DNA of 63,981 nt, the filler included, from Chrysochromulina tobinii (taxonomy: Eukaryota): NCBI GenBank assembly GCA_001275005.1. It is 11 parts of 11 records of this genome, joined end to end, with 100 filler letters (N's around TTAATTAATTAA, not from the genome) between each part and the next. Parts side by side here need not be neighbours in the genome. Positions count along the whole stretch, not along the records: positions 4,109 to 13,411 come from JWZX01000232.1; positions 13,512 to 16,001 come from JWZX01000233.1; positions 16,102 to 28,878 come from JWZX01000234.1; 8 more parts are not named here. One strand, 5' to 3'. Below, one piece after another: positions 9,701 through 21,348 of the stretch; position 1 is the stretch's first letter; each line of letters starts with the position of its first letter. The position numbers were made by a program, and so were the translations under genes. The notes under the pieces are model-generated. The model saw only the letters and a list, made by a program, of their open reading frames with translations, was not told the DNA's origin and searched no databases.

Positions 9701-10363
9701 GGCCCGAGGCACCTCTGGGCACCCCTCGCGCTGGGAGGTGATGCGGTCGACCATGGTATTGTGGAAGCAGACGCAGCGCGCGAGCCATGCGCCAAAGGCC
9801 TCCGCGTCCGGCTGCGCCTGCGTGAAGTCGCAGCTCAGCACGTGCGCCCTGACCTCGTCCCCATTGAAGGGCAGATTGTCCGTGTTGATAATCGAGAGCT
9901 GCGGTCCGTCCTCGGCCCGGCCGGCGTGGTAGCAGGCGTGCAGGAACTCGGCGAGCGCGAGCATGGAGGAGCCGTTGTGCGTGATCCCCGCCTCGGTCAC
10001 GCCCAGGCCGATGAAGCGCAGCTTCTTGAGCTTCGCAGGGAGCGCCATGAACGCGGCGCGCCCCTCGGCGGCGCCGAGTGAACCGCACGCGGTGATCGGG
10101 TGGAGCGTGGTGAGCGTCGAGCCATCTTGGAGCACTGTGTCAAGCTCGTACTTGGGTCCCGCGTCCTCGTCGAGTCGCTTCTGCATGTACTGGCCAAAGG
10201 ACTGGCCGCGCGTCTGGGCGAGGATCACGTCACAGCCGAGCTCGTGGAGCGCGGGCACGAGCACAGCGCGTAGGAAGCGCCCTGTGCCAATACACACGGC
10301 GGAGCTACGCATGAAGGCGCCCTCTTCGAGCGGGCCGAAGGTTTGCGTGGCCCCCCCGTTCAT
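6762..10363 (-). CDS. Spliced fusion gene: N-terminal mannitol-dehydrogenase-family (UxaB/UxuB-like) oxidoreductase plus C-terminal uronate (glucuronate) isomerase-like amidohydrolase domain
   Basis: N-terminal motifs: IGTGRFLRA, GVTEAG, INTDN...NGD, HNTMVDRIT, PRAEP, KLRVANGLH. C-terminal motifs: IDVHAH, QAERIWQALFVERSPLSEACAGV, FLVTVLS..DQHEL, WGSWW, DQLIHKW, GWRVS..DI.RDV..LLGG. Inferred GT-AG introns: 8834-8902, 8495-8573, 8069-8221, 7254-7509, 6874-6999. Confidence 0.85.
7363..7521. repeat. 53-nt tandem repeat x3 spanning an exon end and splice donor
   Basis: CAATCAGTGCTCATCAGTCGCACTCAGGCTTGCCCTCTCACCTTGGTCTTCGG occurs three times. Confidence 0.95.
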
Positions 10364-10861
10364 TTTGCGTGAGCCTCGCGTGGCGCGCGCGCGCGCGGCG
10401 TGTCCTGTGCGCGCGGCTGTGCGCACGCCTCGGCCTCCCGCTCACGAGCAACCTCGTCGAGGTGACCGAGCTCGACCTCTCGGGCCCCGGCCGCCTCATC
10501 GCCGTCGCGGTCTCGTCACTAGAGGGATCAGACGAAACCCAAAGCGTCGGTCGGCACGGCGGCGGCGGTTAGAGAGATTGAGGTTGCACCCCAAAGGCTG
10601 AAAGGTGTTTTAAGGGTAACATGCTTCTGGATACTCGCTAACGATTCGAGAATCCTGGTACATTGTACCGGGTACCGGCCGCGTCTAAGAGGAGGGGGGG
10701 GATTGGGGGAGAGAAAGAGGGGGGCAAAGACTGGGCAACGACACCTTGGCTGAGGTGCTCGTGTGCAGGGTTGTATGCCGAGATGGCAATCAACGTGAAC
10801 GTGAAACGTGTTGAGGTTTGTAGTGGCCGTCCTCGCGGGGAGCGTTTTGCGAGCTCGCACG

Positions 10862-11473
10862 ATGAGTCGCGTGGGGCAGGCGGCAGCGAAGCCTGCGAGT
10901 GCGGTCACGCAGGCGGCCGGGGCGAATGGCACGGTGCTGCGCTACGGCGATCGCGTGCAGCGCCGGTCCGACCATGACTACATGTGGTACGTTGGAACTG
11001 TGGACAAGCTCTTCAACGACGGCGACGTAGCCGTCGCGCTTGACTCGGGCGAGTACTGGCAGGGCGAGGGCGAGGACGTGCACCCGCTGCCGCCCGACCA
11101 TCCCGGCCAGGAGAGCGCTATGGAGATGGGACTCCCGTCTCCGGACGGCCTCGGCACACAGTCGCCAGTGCAGGAGTACCGACCACGCAAGGAAAGCAGA
11201 GCTCGGTTGTCTAGTCAGGGTGCGTCGATGACAATAGATTCGCCCATGGCAGCGGACATCACGTTTGCGGCGCCTCATGGTAGCGCCATGGCCGAAATGC
11301 CCGCATCAGTTGGTGTCCACTCAGGCGGCTCCGCTCCTTTTCAGCCAGCGTTGGGCGGCTTCGTTGTAAGGTCCACCAGCTCTCCAGCACCTCCTGCGGG
11401 CGCAGGCGGGCCGCCGTTCAGCTTTGGAGCGGGAGCGCCCGCGGGTGGATTCACCTTTGGAGCCGAGGGTTAG
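10862..11473 (+). CDS. Hypothetical protein with a Tudor/SH3-like N-terminal barrel and an FxFG-rich tail
   Basis: LRYGDRVQ...WYVGTVDKLFNDGDVAVALDSGE; C-terminal PFSFGAG...GFTFGAEG. Confidence 0.5.
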   Translation: MSRVGQAAAKPASAVTQAAGANGTVLRYGDRVQRRSDHDYMWYVGTVDKLFNDGDVAVALDSGEYWQGEGEDVHPLPPDHPGQESAMEMGLPSPDGLGTQSPVQEYRPRKESRARLSSQGASMTIDSPMAADITFAAPHGSAMAEMPASVGVHSGGSAPFQPALGGFVVRSTSSPAPPAGAGGPPFSFGAGAPAGGFTFGAEG

Positions 11474-11981
11474 GCGGCGTGTACAGCCTTTAGACGCACT
11501 GACCAGTGTGTACTTTCTTAGCGCAAGCGGCCGGACCAGGCGGTCCAGGGCGGAGCCGGAGGGACGCGGCGGGCGCGGGGCCGCCGGGGGCCTGTGGGCA
11601 GTGCTGGAGTCCTGGAGCGCGCCAAGCGGGCCTCTTGCAAGTGACTCGTGGTAATAAACGAGGGTAATAAACGAGACTGTGTACGACCACTCAGTGTACA
11701 CTCAATGCGCGCGCGCGTGGAGTAGTATTGCCGCGGAGCGCGGAGGTGCAGTGGTTAGGCAAGCTCTCGCCCCTGCCGAGCCCGCGCGCGCAGGGCGCGA
11801 GAGGCTTGAACGACTGCTCCTCCCGCTCCTCCGCAGCTGCAGCAAAGAGGCAGGCGCCGCCGTCAGGAGGGCGAAGCTGCGTGCGAGTAGGACACTATCC
11901 CGATCTCCACCGCGAGCTCAACGGCAGCCCTCGCCTCCCCCCGCCGATCGGATCGGGGGGGAGGGAAGGGGGGGGTCCTGA

Positions 11982-12892
11982 CTATTGCTCCAGCGCAGAG
12001 GCGGCTAGGCGCTCATACTCGGCCTGGCGCCGGCTATTCATCTGTCGCAGCTCGTCCATGTTGGGTGGGTCCCAGCACGGAAGAGCTAGGAACTCTGCGA
12101 GCGGCACGCGTCCCCTGCCATGGGGATCGGCAAGCTTCACAAAGTCAGAGAGCTCCTTGGCCGACAGTGGGTTGTCGCCCATCCCCCCCAAGAACGAGCG
12201 CAGCTTGTTCACGTCCACCATTTCGCTGGACGTCGTAAATATCGCCGTCGCATGCTCAATGTCCATGCGGCCCTGTGCATGGGGGGCAGCGGCGGTGGCC
12301 GCGGCCAAAGCGCCACAGTGAGTGAGCCTGAGCCTCGACATGTGGGCGCAAGGAGCGGGGACAGCGCAAGGAGCACGCCCAGGGACGACGGGCTCGTGCC
12401 GCAGTGGTGGGCGCGCACCTCCTGCCCCCCCAACCATCGATGGGCCATCAGCGCGGAGAATTCGCTCCATTCAATGACCCCGTTGCCGTCGACATCGAGC
12501 GCCTGCATGATTGCTCTCACCTGTTCCGGGTTGGGAAACATCCCCAGCTGTCTAAGGACCGCTGTTATCTCTTTGCTGTCACTGTGCACACAAACACGAA
12601 CGGCAACCCAAGCGGGCTTGAGGGCATGCGGGCGAGTGGGGCCGGTGAGGGAACGCGGCAGTTGGGCGGCGTACATCGCGCCGCTGCCGTCGACATCAAA
12701 CTGCCGAAAAGCGGAAGCGAGCTCCTCCTGCTGAGCCGGCGAGAGTAGCTCTACTAGCATCATGCCATTCTCCACAAGCTCTGAGTTTCTTGTTGCCCTC
12801 GTCCTACTTTCTGTCGAGCTGGTAGGAGCCTGATCTTCTGGTGCTGGCGCGACCTGCCTCCACGGCGCACAGCAGCAATCTAGCAACCCCAT
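11982..12892 (-). CDS. Calmodulin/centrin-like EF-hand protein (spliced, 2 introns) with a possible N-terminal acylation motif
   Basis: AFRQFDVDGSGA(I)DSKE, LDVDGNGVIEWSEF, ADPHGRGRVPLAEF. The protein starts MGLLDCCC. Confidence 0.85.
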
Positions 12893-13511
12893 TTCAAGGC
12901 TCGGCCAGCGCACGATTACGAGGTGGAGCTCAGGGCAACCGGAGACGTCGGTTCAGCGCGTGACGGCGAGTCCCTGCTCAACGTGCTCTATCGACCGTGA
13001 AAGTTGGGTTGCGAGACATCATGCAGCAATAACGGATGGTCGGGAGATCGAAACCGTTTCGAAATCGAGCGAACCGTTTTTCGACTTCGACAGCTGACAG
13101 TCAGTTCCGTCGCGGTCCTCCCGAGCTCTACACCACACCGTCTCTAAGGACGGCTCCAATATTCTCCGCACCCGTCCATTACAAGTTGAACTTTTGAACT
13201 ACATGTATGGAACGCACCCGACACCGCCTCACCGCGCATTTCCATTTCGCATTTGGAAAAGGTTTCGTCTGTCGAGTTTCTTTCTTCACTTGTTTCTAGT
13301 TCACTGAAGACTACAATGTAATATAGGAAGGTCGGAGGTACCAACCCAGAGTGACAGACCAAGTCAGAGTGCCACACTACACGCCACACTGTGATGTGCA
13401 GTGAGGCGGAANNNNNNNNNNNNNNNNNNNNNNNNNNNNNNNNNNNNNNNNNNNNTTAATTAATTAANNNNNNNNNNNNNNNNNNNNNNNNNNNNNNNNN
13501 NNNNNNNNNNN

Positions 13512-16001
13512 CCCGCCCTCGCCGGCCTCCGCCCTCCGCCGCCCCCTTACCCCCCGACCGCCTCGATCGCCGCGTCCGTCGCCCCCGCCTCCCAAGCTCC
13601 CCCCGCCGGCTGCGCCGGGCTCGACCCAAATAGTCGTCGTCACCTTCACCCTCACCCTCACTTCGCTCCCCACCCGGCGGCAGCTCGCGACCACCAACCC
13701 GGCGCTGGTGCCGTACGCCCAGCAAGTCCTAACCGCCCTGAGCACGCCCGGGCTGACTCTCAACGACATCACCGTCACAATCATCCCAGGCACCACCCGG
13801 CTCAGAGTCAACGTCGCTGCGACTGGCAGCGGTGGCACGGCGCTGATCACGCCAGCTTCGCTCGCCGCCACCCTCGCATCGCCCGCGTTCTCCGTGAGCC
13901 TGACGAGCGGGTTCACAGGGATGGGCGGGACCGTCCTGGCCATCGGGCCTCCAGTGGTCAGGACGATCGTGCTGGCAGGTCCGTCGCCGCCGCCGCCCTC
14001 TCCGCCGCCGAGCCCGCCGCCACCGACGTCCCCAGTGTCGCTGCTCCACCAGTCGACGAATCAGAACGAAGCGATCGAGGTCGTGAGCTCGAACCTCGAA
14101 GTGGCCGATGGCGGCACGGTCTTCGGGACGGTCCTTGGCATCATGCTCTTCCTGCTGCTGCTCCTTTGTCTCTGCTGCGCGGGGATCGTCTTCTTCTACT
14201 TCTACCTGAAGGGCAAGCGCGGCGGCCAGCGCGTCGCCTACACGCAGCAGGCTAACGAGGCGGCCGCCGAGGTGACCGAGAAGGAGGAGGAGAAGGCGAC
14301 CGATGCCCGACCGCGCCGCGAGAAGCGCATGGGTGCGCTCGATGTCTCGATGGGCGCGGGCTCGTCCTTCTCCGCCGCGGGCGGGCAGGAGGCTAGCGCC
14401 GTCACCAAGAAGACGACCGTGAGCAACAACCCAGTACTCGATCTCAACTCGGCGCTCCGTGGCAAGAAGGTTCGCGTCGTGCAGGGAGAGGATGACGTGG
14501 CAGGGTGCTACTTGCTCGTCGTGCGCGTGCTCAACAAGTACGCGGGCGGCAGGGGCTCGGATCTGCGTACGTCCATCACGGCGGTCGTGCACAAGTCGCA
14601 CTCGATGCACCTGCCCGTGACGGCGCTCGTCGAGGTCGTCATCGCGCCCAATAGCCAGAGCGAGGCGCAGCTGCAAGAGACCGCCAAGAAGGTGATCCGG
14701 CGTGTCGCCGTCGAGAACCCGGAGAACGGGCGGCGCGAGTTCACCTCGAAGTACGTGGCCTGCGCGCTCGGCGTGACGCCCGAGGAGCTCGGCTTGTGGA
14801 CGCGCCTCGATATGGACCGTGACTACGGCGTCGCACTCTCGGCCTTGTACTCTGACCAGCTTCGCACGCTGTCCGACGTGAAGACGTGCCGAGCCGCGCT
14901 GTCTGCCTTAATCGATCATTTTGCAGCCCGACAACTTGGCGCCGTACTCACCGATGAGCGGATCTATGCCCGCGTCGGCCGAGGGGCCAGCGCGATGGTT
15001 TGCATGCAGGAGGCAGAGCAGTCGCGCAAGCTCGCGCACGCGCGGGCAAGGGTGCTCGAGGAGCGCGTGGTGCAGTCTCTGCCGCTGCAGCTCGGCGCCA
15101 ACGGGCATCCGAACTGGGCGCGGCGTGCGCAGCTACTCGCGCCGTGCGCACTCGAAGCGGCGGGGTTCACGCCGCGGCCGCTCTTCACGCTCTTCACGCT
15201 CTTCCCAGTCGCCCTGGCAGGCTGTCCCGGATCGCCTTACGAGTCAGAAGAGGCTGTGCGTGAGGCAATAGCCACCACGGGTGCGGTAACATACGAATCG
15301 CTCGAGGCAGCGCTCGCCGCCGAACCTGATGAGTCACCGCCCGCAAAGTGCGATTCGCTCACGCGAGACATCGTGATGGCACACGACGTCATCCGCAAGG
15401 ACACCCCCAAGGGCCTCAAGGTGTCGGTTGGCTTCGCGATTAGGTCGACGAACAATCGCTCTTACCGAGGCTGGTGCTTCGCATATGCCTTGCTAGTCCT
15501 CTGCGTCCCGCAGGTGCGTGCCATGGCGATGACGAAACCACTTGATAGCGAGGGGGCAAGGGCGCATGGGGCAGAGTCGGCACAGGCGCCGCCAGTGCGG
15601 ACGATTCCGCTCACTCGAGTCTGCACCGATGAAGTGAACAGCTTCGCATTCGACTTACGCGGCGCACCCATGCCGTGCTCCTACTTCTCCGCACAGCCCT
15701 CCGCGTGCGCTTCCTATTCCATCGCGCGGATCACTTGCCCGGTCGCGTGTGGCACGTGCACGCCTCCCCCGCCTGGCCCCTCGGGCCTGTTGGAATTGTC
15801 CGGCGCCGTCACGAGCGACCATCCTGTAGCCGGGCTGTACTCCATGCATCTTGTGCCCAGCCACCGCCGTGAGCTGCAGACCGCTACACCGCCTCCACTG
15901 CCACCGCCCTCCCCACCCTCCCCACCGCCGCCTTCGCCCTCGCCGCCGCCCCCACCCTGTCCGCCGACTCCGCCGTCGCCGCCGTCGCTCCCGCCGGCTT
16001 C
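13512..16001 (+). CDS. Proline-rich (PPSPP) single-pass membrane protein fragment(s), partial at both ends
   Basis: Long ORF with PSPPPPSPPP tracts, a TM helix (VLGIMLFLLLLLCLCCAGIVFFYFYL) and a small Cys-rich motif (CPVACGTC). It may contain introns or two genes. Confidence 0.55.
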
Positions 16002-16101
16002 NNNNNNNNNNNNNNNNNNNNNNNNNNNNNNNNNNNNNNNNNNNNTTAATTAATTAANNNNNNNNNNNNNNNNNNNNNNNNNNNNNNNNNNNNNNNNNNN
16101 N

Positions 16102-16399
16102 CCGTCTCGGGCGAGCGCGGCGGCGAAAGCAGCAGAGGCGGCGAGGACGCGGGCGCCCACGCGAGGCACATGCGGCGGCGCACCCCATAAGGATTGTGAT
16201 TGTGCCAGTTGACGCTCCATCCAAGGCCGATCAGCCGCCTGAGCTCCGCCTCGTCGCCGGCCCTTGCGGCCTGCCACAAATGTCTGTCGCTGCCCTTCTC
16301 GGCAGCGGCCTTCTCGGCAGCGGCCTTCTCGGCAGCGGCAGCGGCAGCGGCAGCGGCAGCGGCGGCCTTCTCGGCCTTGGAGGGACCGAACCAGCCCAT
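16102..16399 (-). CDS. Ankyrin-repeat protein, first exon (partial)
   Basis: MGWFG..., an AEKAAA tract, then LWQAARAGDEAELRRLIGLGWSVNW. Confidence 0.6.
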
Positions 16400-17512
16400 G
16401 TGCTCCGCGGTGTCAGCGGCGCGCGAGGGTCGGCAGACGAGTTCCCTGACACGCAATCGGAGCAAAAGTCAGGCTCCCGAGGCCCCAAAGGTGCGAAGCA
16501 TGACAAGCTCCACAAGGGCGCTTCAACGGGCACCGGCCGGGCTCCCGAGTTGGCCGCAAGGGCCAGCGCGCACGCCCGATGAGGGCCAGCGCTAACACGA
16601 GCACGCCATGGCGTCACAGTCACGTACCTCTCGACCCGGCGCGCGCCCACGGAAATGGACTGCACAAGACCAAGACTTTTCCTATCGCGAAAGAAGGGCC
16701 GCAAACTTGTGCGAAACCAGATTGATGATCATCACAATTCGGCCACAGGCATGCCTTCGGCTCGAGGCTCTGTCTGATTGCCTCTCTGACTGCACATAGC
16801 GTAGGTTCACCGCGCGGGAAACGGGGCGTGTCGTCCAATGCGGAGCGACTCCGCGCGGCCCCTCGACGCCTCCCCAACGGCCCGCCGCGCGGCTCTGATG
16901 ATCTGATGATCTGTGCGGATGCGGGGAAGAAACCCCGGAAAAACCTCGCACCTCGGGCCGCGAGGACTCGCTATGTTCGGATGCATCGCGGCACGCGGGC
17001 GTTCTTGCTTCTTGCGACTTTCGCGATGAGCGATGAGGCATCGATGTAACACATGTGTGACAGCCGCATGTGCGGCCCATTTCGTAACATTTCGCGTCGC
17101 ATTTGACTCGACGCCCCTCTCGCCGTCTACTCGCCGTCGAGCGTCGAGACCCGCGCCGATCGCGGGATCGCTAAATCACATCTAAGTTCTATTTAAAGTT
17201 CTATCACCAATCAGTGGCTTTTACGTCCGATCTATGCATCTATCACGTCTTATAAAGTCCGATCTGGCATCTGCAGCATGCACGCTGCACGGCTCAAAAC
17301 GACATCGGTCTGCATCGGTAACACACAACGGGCGTCGAACCCATGCACGAACAAGGTGCCCCCACGCGACGCGACGCAACAGGACTCCCGCGTCGTATGC
17401 GACAACGATCACAACGAGAGCTAGCTCCTACTTGCAAGGTCTGTCGCGTGTCGGCGGCGGCTCGTAGGCGGCTCGGGTTCCAAACCCTGAGCCTCGGCGG
17501 CACATCGACCAG

Positions 17513-18286
17513 CTAGGACCACGTGAAATCCTCCGCGTCGACGGGCAGCGGCATCGGCGTCAGCTGCGGAGGCGACGGCGACGCGCGGCGCAGCTCGGGC
17601 AGCGAGCTCATCCGTAGAACGACGGCAGACCATTTGAGCCTCTTGCTCGGTGGGGCAGGCGAGGCGACGTCGTCAGCGCAGGCCGTCGGCGATGGCAGGA
17701 GCACGTCGTCGTCGCCCGTGAGCGTGGCCTCCTGGAGGGGCAGCCGCGGCGGGAAGAAGCGCTTCACGTCCTCCGTGGGCGAGAGCATCGGGATGCACGA
17801 GCGCTGCGGCACGAATCGCCACGTGAGCGACACCAAGTTCGCGCCGCTGCGATCGCGCTCGTGGCAATTGGGTGTGTACCAGCCCGATGGCTGTCGCACG
17901 GTCGGATGCTGCACGCAAACCAGCTCGATCACATCGCCTGCGACAATCTCCAAGGACTGACCGTCCTCCTCCGTGATCCAAGCGTCGTTCACGCGGAGCA
18001 TCCCACCAGCGCCGTGTACGTGCAGCGTGGCTGAGATGTGGTCCGCATTCCTCTCAATCGTCGCGCACGCCGACTTGGCACGCCGGCACGCGCGCAGCTG
18101 GTGCACTCCTCCCGTGAGACGAAGGGTCGCCGGCTTGGCCAGGTGCTGCTGCCACGACGGCCGATTCTGCTGGAACGTGGACGGAGAGCGGCGGCCCCAC
18201 TGCTCACCACCGACAAGGAGGGCCCAGGGCTCTCCTTGCTCTCTCGAAATGAGGCCTTGCCAGTGCAGCGTTGGCTGGTTCTCCAT
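17513..18286 (-). CDS. Hypothetical protein with a possible FHA-like domain
   Basis: WGRR...HISATL.V.GAGGMLRVND..I......I.AGDVIEL resembles the FHA beta-sandwich pattern. The match is weak. Confidence 0.45.
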   Translation of the reverse strand: MENQPTLHWQGLISREQGEPWALLVGGEQWGRRSPSTFQQNRPSWQQHLAKPATLRLTGGVHQLRACRRAKSACATIERNADHISATLHVHGAGGMLRVNDAWITEEDGQSLEIVAGDVIELVCVQHPTVRQPSGWYTPNCHERDRSGANLVSLTWRFVPQRSCIPMLSPTEDVKRFFPPRLPLQEATLTGDDDVLLPSPTACADDVASPAPPSKRLKWSAVVLRMSSLPELRRASPSPPQLTPMPLPVDAEDFTWS

Positions 18287-18810
18287 CCGCGAGGGCCCTC
18301 CGTCGCGGCCCCACAGAGGTGCCGTTGCCGACCGAGCGAAGTGCTCGCAGTCTGAAACTGCCAAAAATGAGCACACTCAAGTCTCATGAAGAATCGGACC
18401 AACCGAAACCACCTCCGACAGAAATCGCAGGAAAAACGAACCCCAAGTGGACACTCGAAGTCTCAACATCTGTGCAGTCTGGCGCGGTACCGAAGTCCGA
18501 CTCCTCAGCCGTCAAAGGTCCACGCGGGCCCACCCCCCGCCTTTTGGCTTTTGCCCACGCTCCCCAGCACATACAGACATCGCTCATCATCAACAGCGCG
18601 GCAGCCGTGCATACGTACACAGTTGCCGCTCGCGCGCCTTTGCAACACAATGTGCTCCGCGACGGCTGGCCGCAGCGGCAGACCGCGCCGCCGCCCTGAC
18701 TCGCGCTCCGACGAGACGCCCAACACGGCGCGCATCGCACGCCCCGACGAGACGCCCGACACGGCGCGCCTCGCACGCCCAACACGGCGCCACCCCCCCC
18801 CTCACGCGGC

Positions 18811-21174
18811 TCACGCGCCGCCGCCGAGCTGCTGCCGCCGCATCGAGAGCGACGCGTGGCGTGCCTTGAGGGAGCCATACGCGGGCAGGTTGGTGCGCTC
18901 CCTCGCCTCGAGGGCCGCCATCGAGGCCACGCACGCCGCAAGGGCCTCGTCGACGACCTTGAGAGCTTCGACGGCTGACACTGCGGCGACGCGCGCCGAG
19001 TTGGTGATCGTGGCGCACCGCTCACCGAATCGGAGCGCTTGAACGGTATTCTCAGCGTGCGCATCGTCGGGGGAGGCGGCGATGACGCACGTGGTGCGCG
19101 ACGAGCCACCAAACGCGCCGCGCAAGAGTTTCGTCAGCTTGGCCTCGTGGTAGGGCACGTGGCGGCGCCCCTCCGAGAGCGCCGTGATGCACTTGCCGAG
19201 CACCAGGAGGGACGAGTTGATGCCCACCGCCTCGCGCAGCCGCTGCCCTACCACCTTGGACTGCTTCACTTGCTCACAGCCGGCCAAGTCGACGAGCGCG
19301 AGCTGTGACGAGATCAGGCGCTCGTGCCCGTCGGCGTCCTCGCCCAACACGGCGCCGCGCTGGGTGAGCGTGATGAGGAAGACGGTGTGCGCGCGGCTCG
19401 AGGTCTGGTTCATCGCGGTCGCGGCGACGCGCTTGTGGAGCTCGCCCGCGCGCAGCAGAGCGATCGCATCCGTAAGCGTCTCGAGCTGGACGTGCATCGC
19501 GCCTTGAAGGATGGTCGCTCCAACAGACGAGGCATCCGCGTACTCGCCCACCTCGCGCAGCACCACCGGCCCACCCGAGAGCAGGTCAGTGAGGGTCTCC
19601 TCGTAGATCTGCACGTACTGCGCCGAGAGCGAGAGCGAGGTGCACGCGGCGCCTGGCGCGTTCACGCACGAGAGCAGCTCGTCGCACGCGCGCAGCACGA
19701 TGCCCGCCGACTCGGGTAGGATAGACGCGCCGCCGAAGCCCGAATCGCTCCACCCGCGCCGGTCGCGTCGCTGGGCGGCCTCGGCCGCTGCATGGGCGTC
19801 CTCGATCACGCCCGGCGGGCCGAAGACCGTGTGCGTCTTGCCGCTGCCGGTCTGGCCATACGCGAGGACGCACGCGTTCATGCCGTTCATGCTCGACACG
19901 ACGGCGTCCTGCGCGACGCGCTGGTACACGGCCGTTTGGCTCACGTCGCCGCTGCACACGTTCGAGAAGAGGAAGGGGCGGATGCCGCAGCCGGGCACGA
20001 ACATGACGATCCGCGACGGCTGCACCAGCAGCAGCTTCGCGCCACCTTGCTTGCTCGCGCTCGTCGCGCCCTCGTCCTCATTCTCCTTGTCCTCCTTGCC
20101 CTCCTTTTTCGCCGCCTTCGCCTCCGCCTCGGCCTGGTCGATGTACTCCTTGTCCGCCTTGGTGAGTGGCGCGACCGTACTCGCCGCCTCCGCGAGTGCC
20201 GACGCCACGTGGTCCGCCTCGCCCGCGTCCGCATCCACCTCGATCGCCCTGTGCTTGGGCCCCCCTGCCGCCTGCGCGCCCACCTCGCCCATCACCGCGC
20301 CCAACTGCTGTGCCTCGAGGAGCGCCTGCAGGAGCTCGGGCGAGAGGTCGCCCTGCCCCTTGAGCGCCTCGGCGAGCTGCTCCTGCGTCGCACCCGCCTG
20401 CTCCGCCTCGAACGCGCCGAGCTTCTCGCCCTTTTTGAGCATGCGAAGCCGCTGGTGCAGCGGCAGCACCAGCCCGTCGGCCCGCCCGCCGTCGTGCTTG
20501 CGCGGACGCACACGCACAGCGACGCGGATGCGGAAGCCGACGGCCTCCGTCGAGGCCTCGCCCTTCCACTTGTTGCGCGCCGGCCACAGCGTGTCGAAGA
20601 AAAGTGCGCGCCAGTGCTCGCACGCCCCCGGAGCGTACAGACCACACTCGAGCGCCAGCGCGCGACAGAGCAGCCGGCAGACCTCGTTGTCGTCAAAAGC
20701 CTTCTTCTGCGCCTTCGAGGTCTGCGCCAGCCGGCGCACGTCCACGACCGACAGGCCTGGCAGCCCCTGCTCGAGCAGCGAGTCGAGCAGCGACGCCGAG
20801 CCCTGGTAGTCGAACGAGAGGCCGCGGCACGCGAGAGGCGCCGCATCCTCGGCAGGCGGACTGCACTGCCGGCTAGCGGCGGCAAAGATGCCCTCCTCGG
20901 CGGCTGGGGCTGCCACGGGCTCGGGCTCGGGCTTAGGCGGCGACGGAATCTTGTTCCAGTCCGTGCTATCAAACGTGAAGACCTCCATGCACGGCTTGAT
21001 CAGGTTGTTGGGCACGGCCTTCGCCTTTCCGTTGGCGGGCCGCTCGGACCGCGGCCGCGGCTGCGGCACGCACACGTCCACCTCGAGGGGCTGTGCCGGC
21101 GGCATCTTGGACGCCTTCCACTGCTCGAACTTGGACGGCTGGCGCATCTTTGGGGGCGAGCTCATCACGGGCAT
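18811..21174 (-). CDS. Kinesin motor protein with an N-terminal extension containing an F-box-like segment
   Basis: IRVAVRVRP, P-loop AYGQTGSGKT, switch I NQTSSRAH, switch II LVDLAGCE, HVPYHEAKLTKLL, ALRFGER. Confidence 0.95.
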   Translation of the reverse strand: MPVMSSPPKMRQPSKFEQWKASKMPPAQPLEVDVCVPQPRPRSERPANGKAKAVPNNLIKPCMEVFTFDSTDWNKIPSPPKPEPEPVAAPAAEEGIFAAASRQCSPPAEDAAPLACRGLSFDYQGSASLLDSLLEQGLPGLSVVDVRRLAQTSKAQKKAFDDNEVCRLLCRALALECGLYAPGACEHWRALFFDTLWPARNKWKGEASTEAVGFRIRVAVRVRPRKHDGGRADGLVLPLHQRLRMLKKGEKLGAFEAEQAGATQEQLAEALKGQGDLSPELLQALLEAQQLGAVMGEVGAQAAGGPKHRAIEVDADAGEADHVASALAEAASTVAPLTKADKEYIDQAEAEAKAAKKEGKEDKENEDEGATSASKQGGAKLLLVQPSRIVMFVPGCGIRPFLFSNVCSGDVSQTAVYQRVAQDAVVSSMNGMNACVLAYGQTGSGKTHTVFGPPGVIEDAHAAAEAAQRRDRRGWSDSGFGGASILPESAGIVLRACDELLSCVNAPGAACTSLSLSAQYVQIYEETLTDLLSGGPVVLREVGEYADASSVGATILQGAMHVQLETLTDAIALLRAGELHKRVAATAMNQTSSRAHTVFLITLTQRGAVLGEDADGHERLISSQLALVDLAGCEQVKQSKVVGQRLREAVGINSSLLVLGKCITALSEGRRHVPYHEAKLTKLLRGAFGGSSRTTCVIAASPDDAHAENTVQALRFGERCATITNSARVAAVSAVEALKVVDEALAACVASMAALEARERTNLPAYGSLKARHASLSMRRQQLGGGA

Positions 21175-21348
21175 GTCCTCCTCAGTCGGACGGCTCGACG
21201 CGGCCGACGGTGAGCGTTTGAGAGTTGCGTCGGACACCGCCTTTTCGGCGGCCGCTCGCTTTTCTTCGAACCCAAGTTTTCCAAAGATTGCGAAGTGCAC
21301 TAGCGTCTAGCTCACGCTCACGATGGCGGACCCTCGAAGACTCGAAGC

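Noticed and set aside
16600..17500. Possible ncRNA or transposon in the long intergenic stretch
   Set aside because: No tRNA, rRNA or snRNA signature, terminal repeat or credible ORF could be recognised by eye.
18706..18790. 36-nt tandem repeat just downstream of the kinesin stop
   Set aside because: It is an ordinary short 3'-flanking duplication with no further structure.
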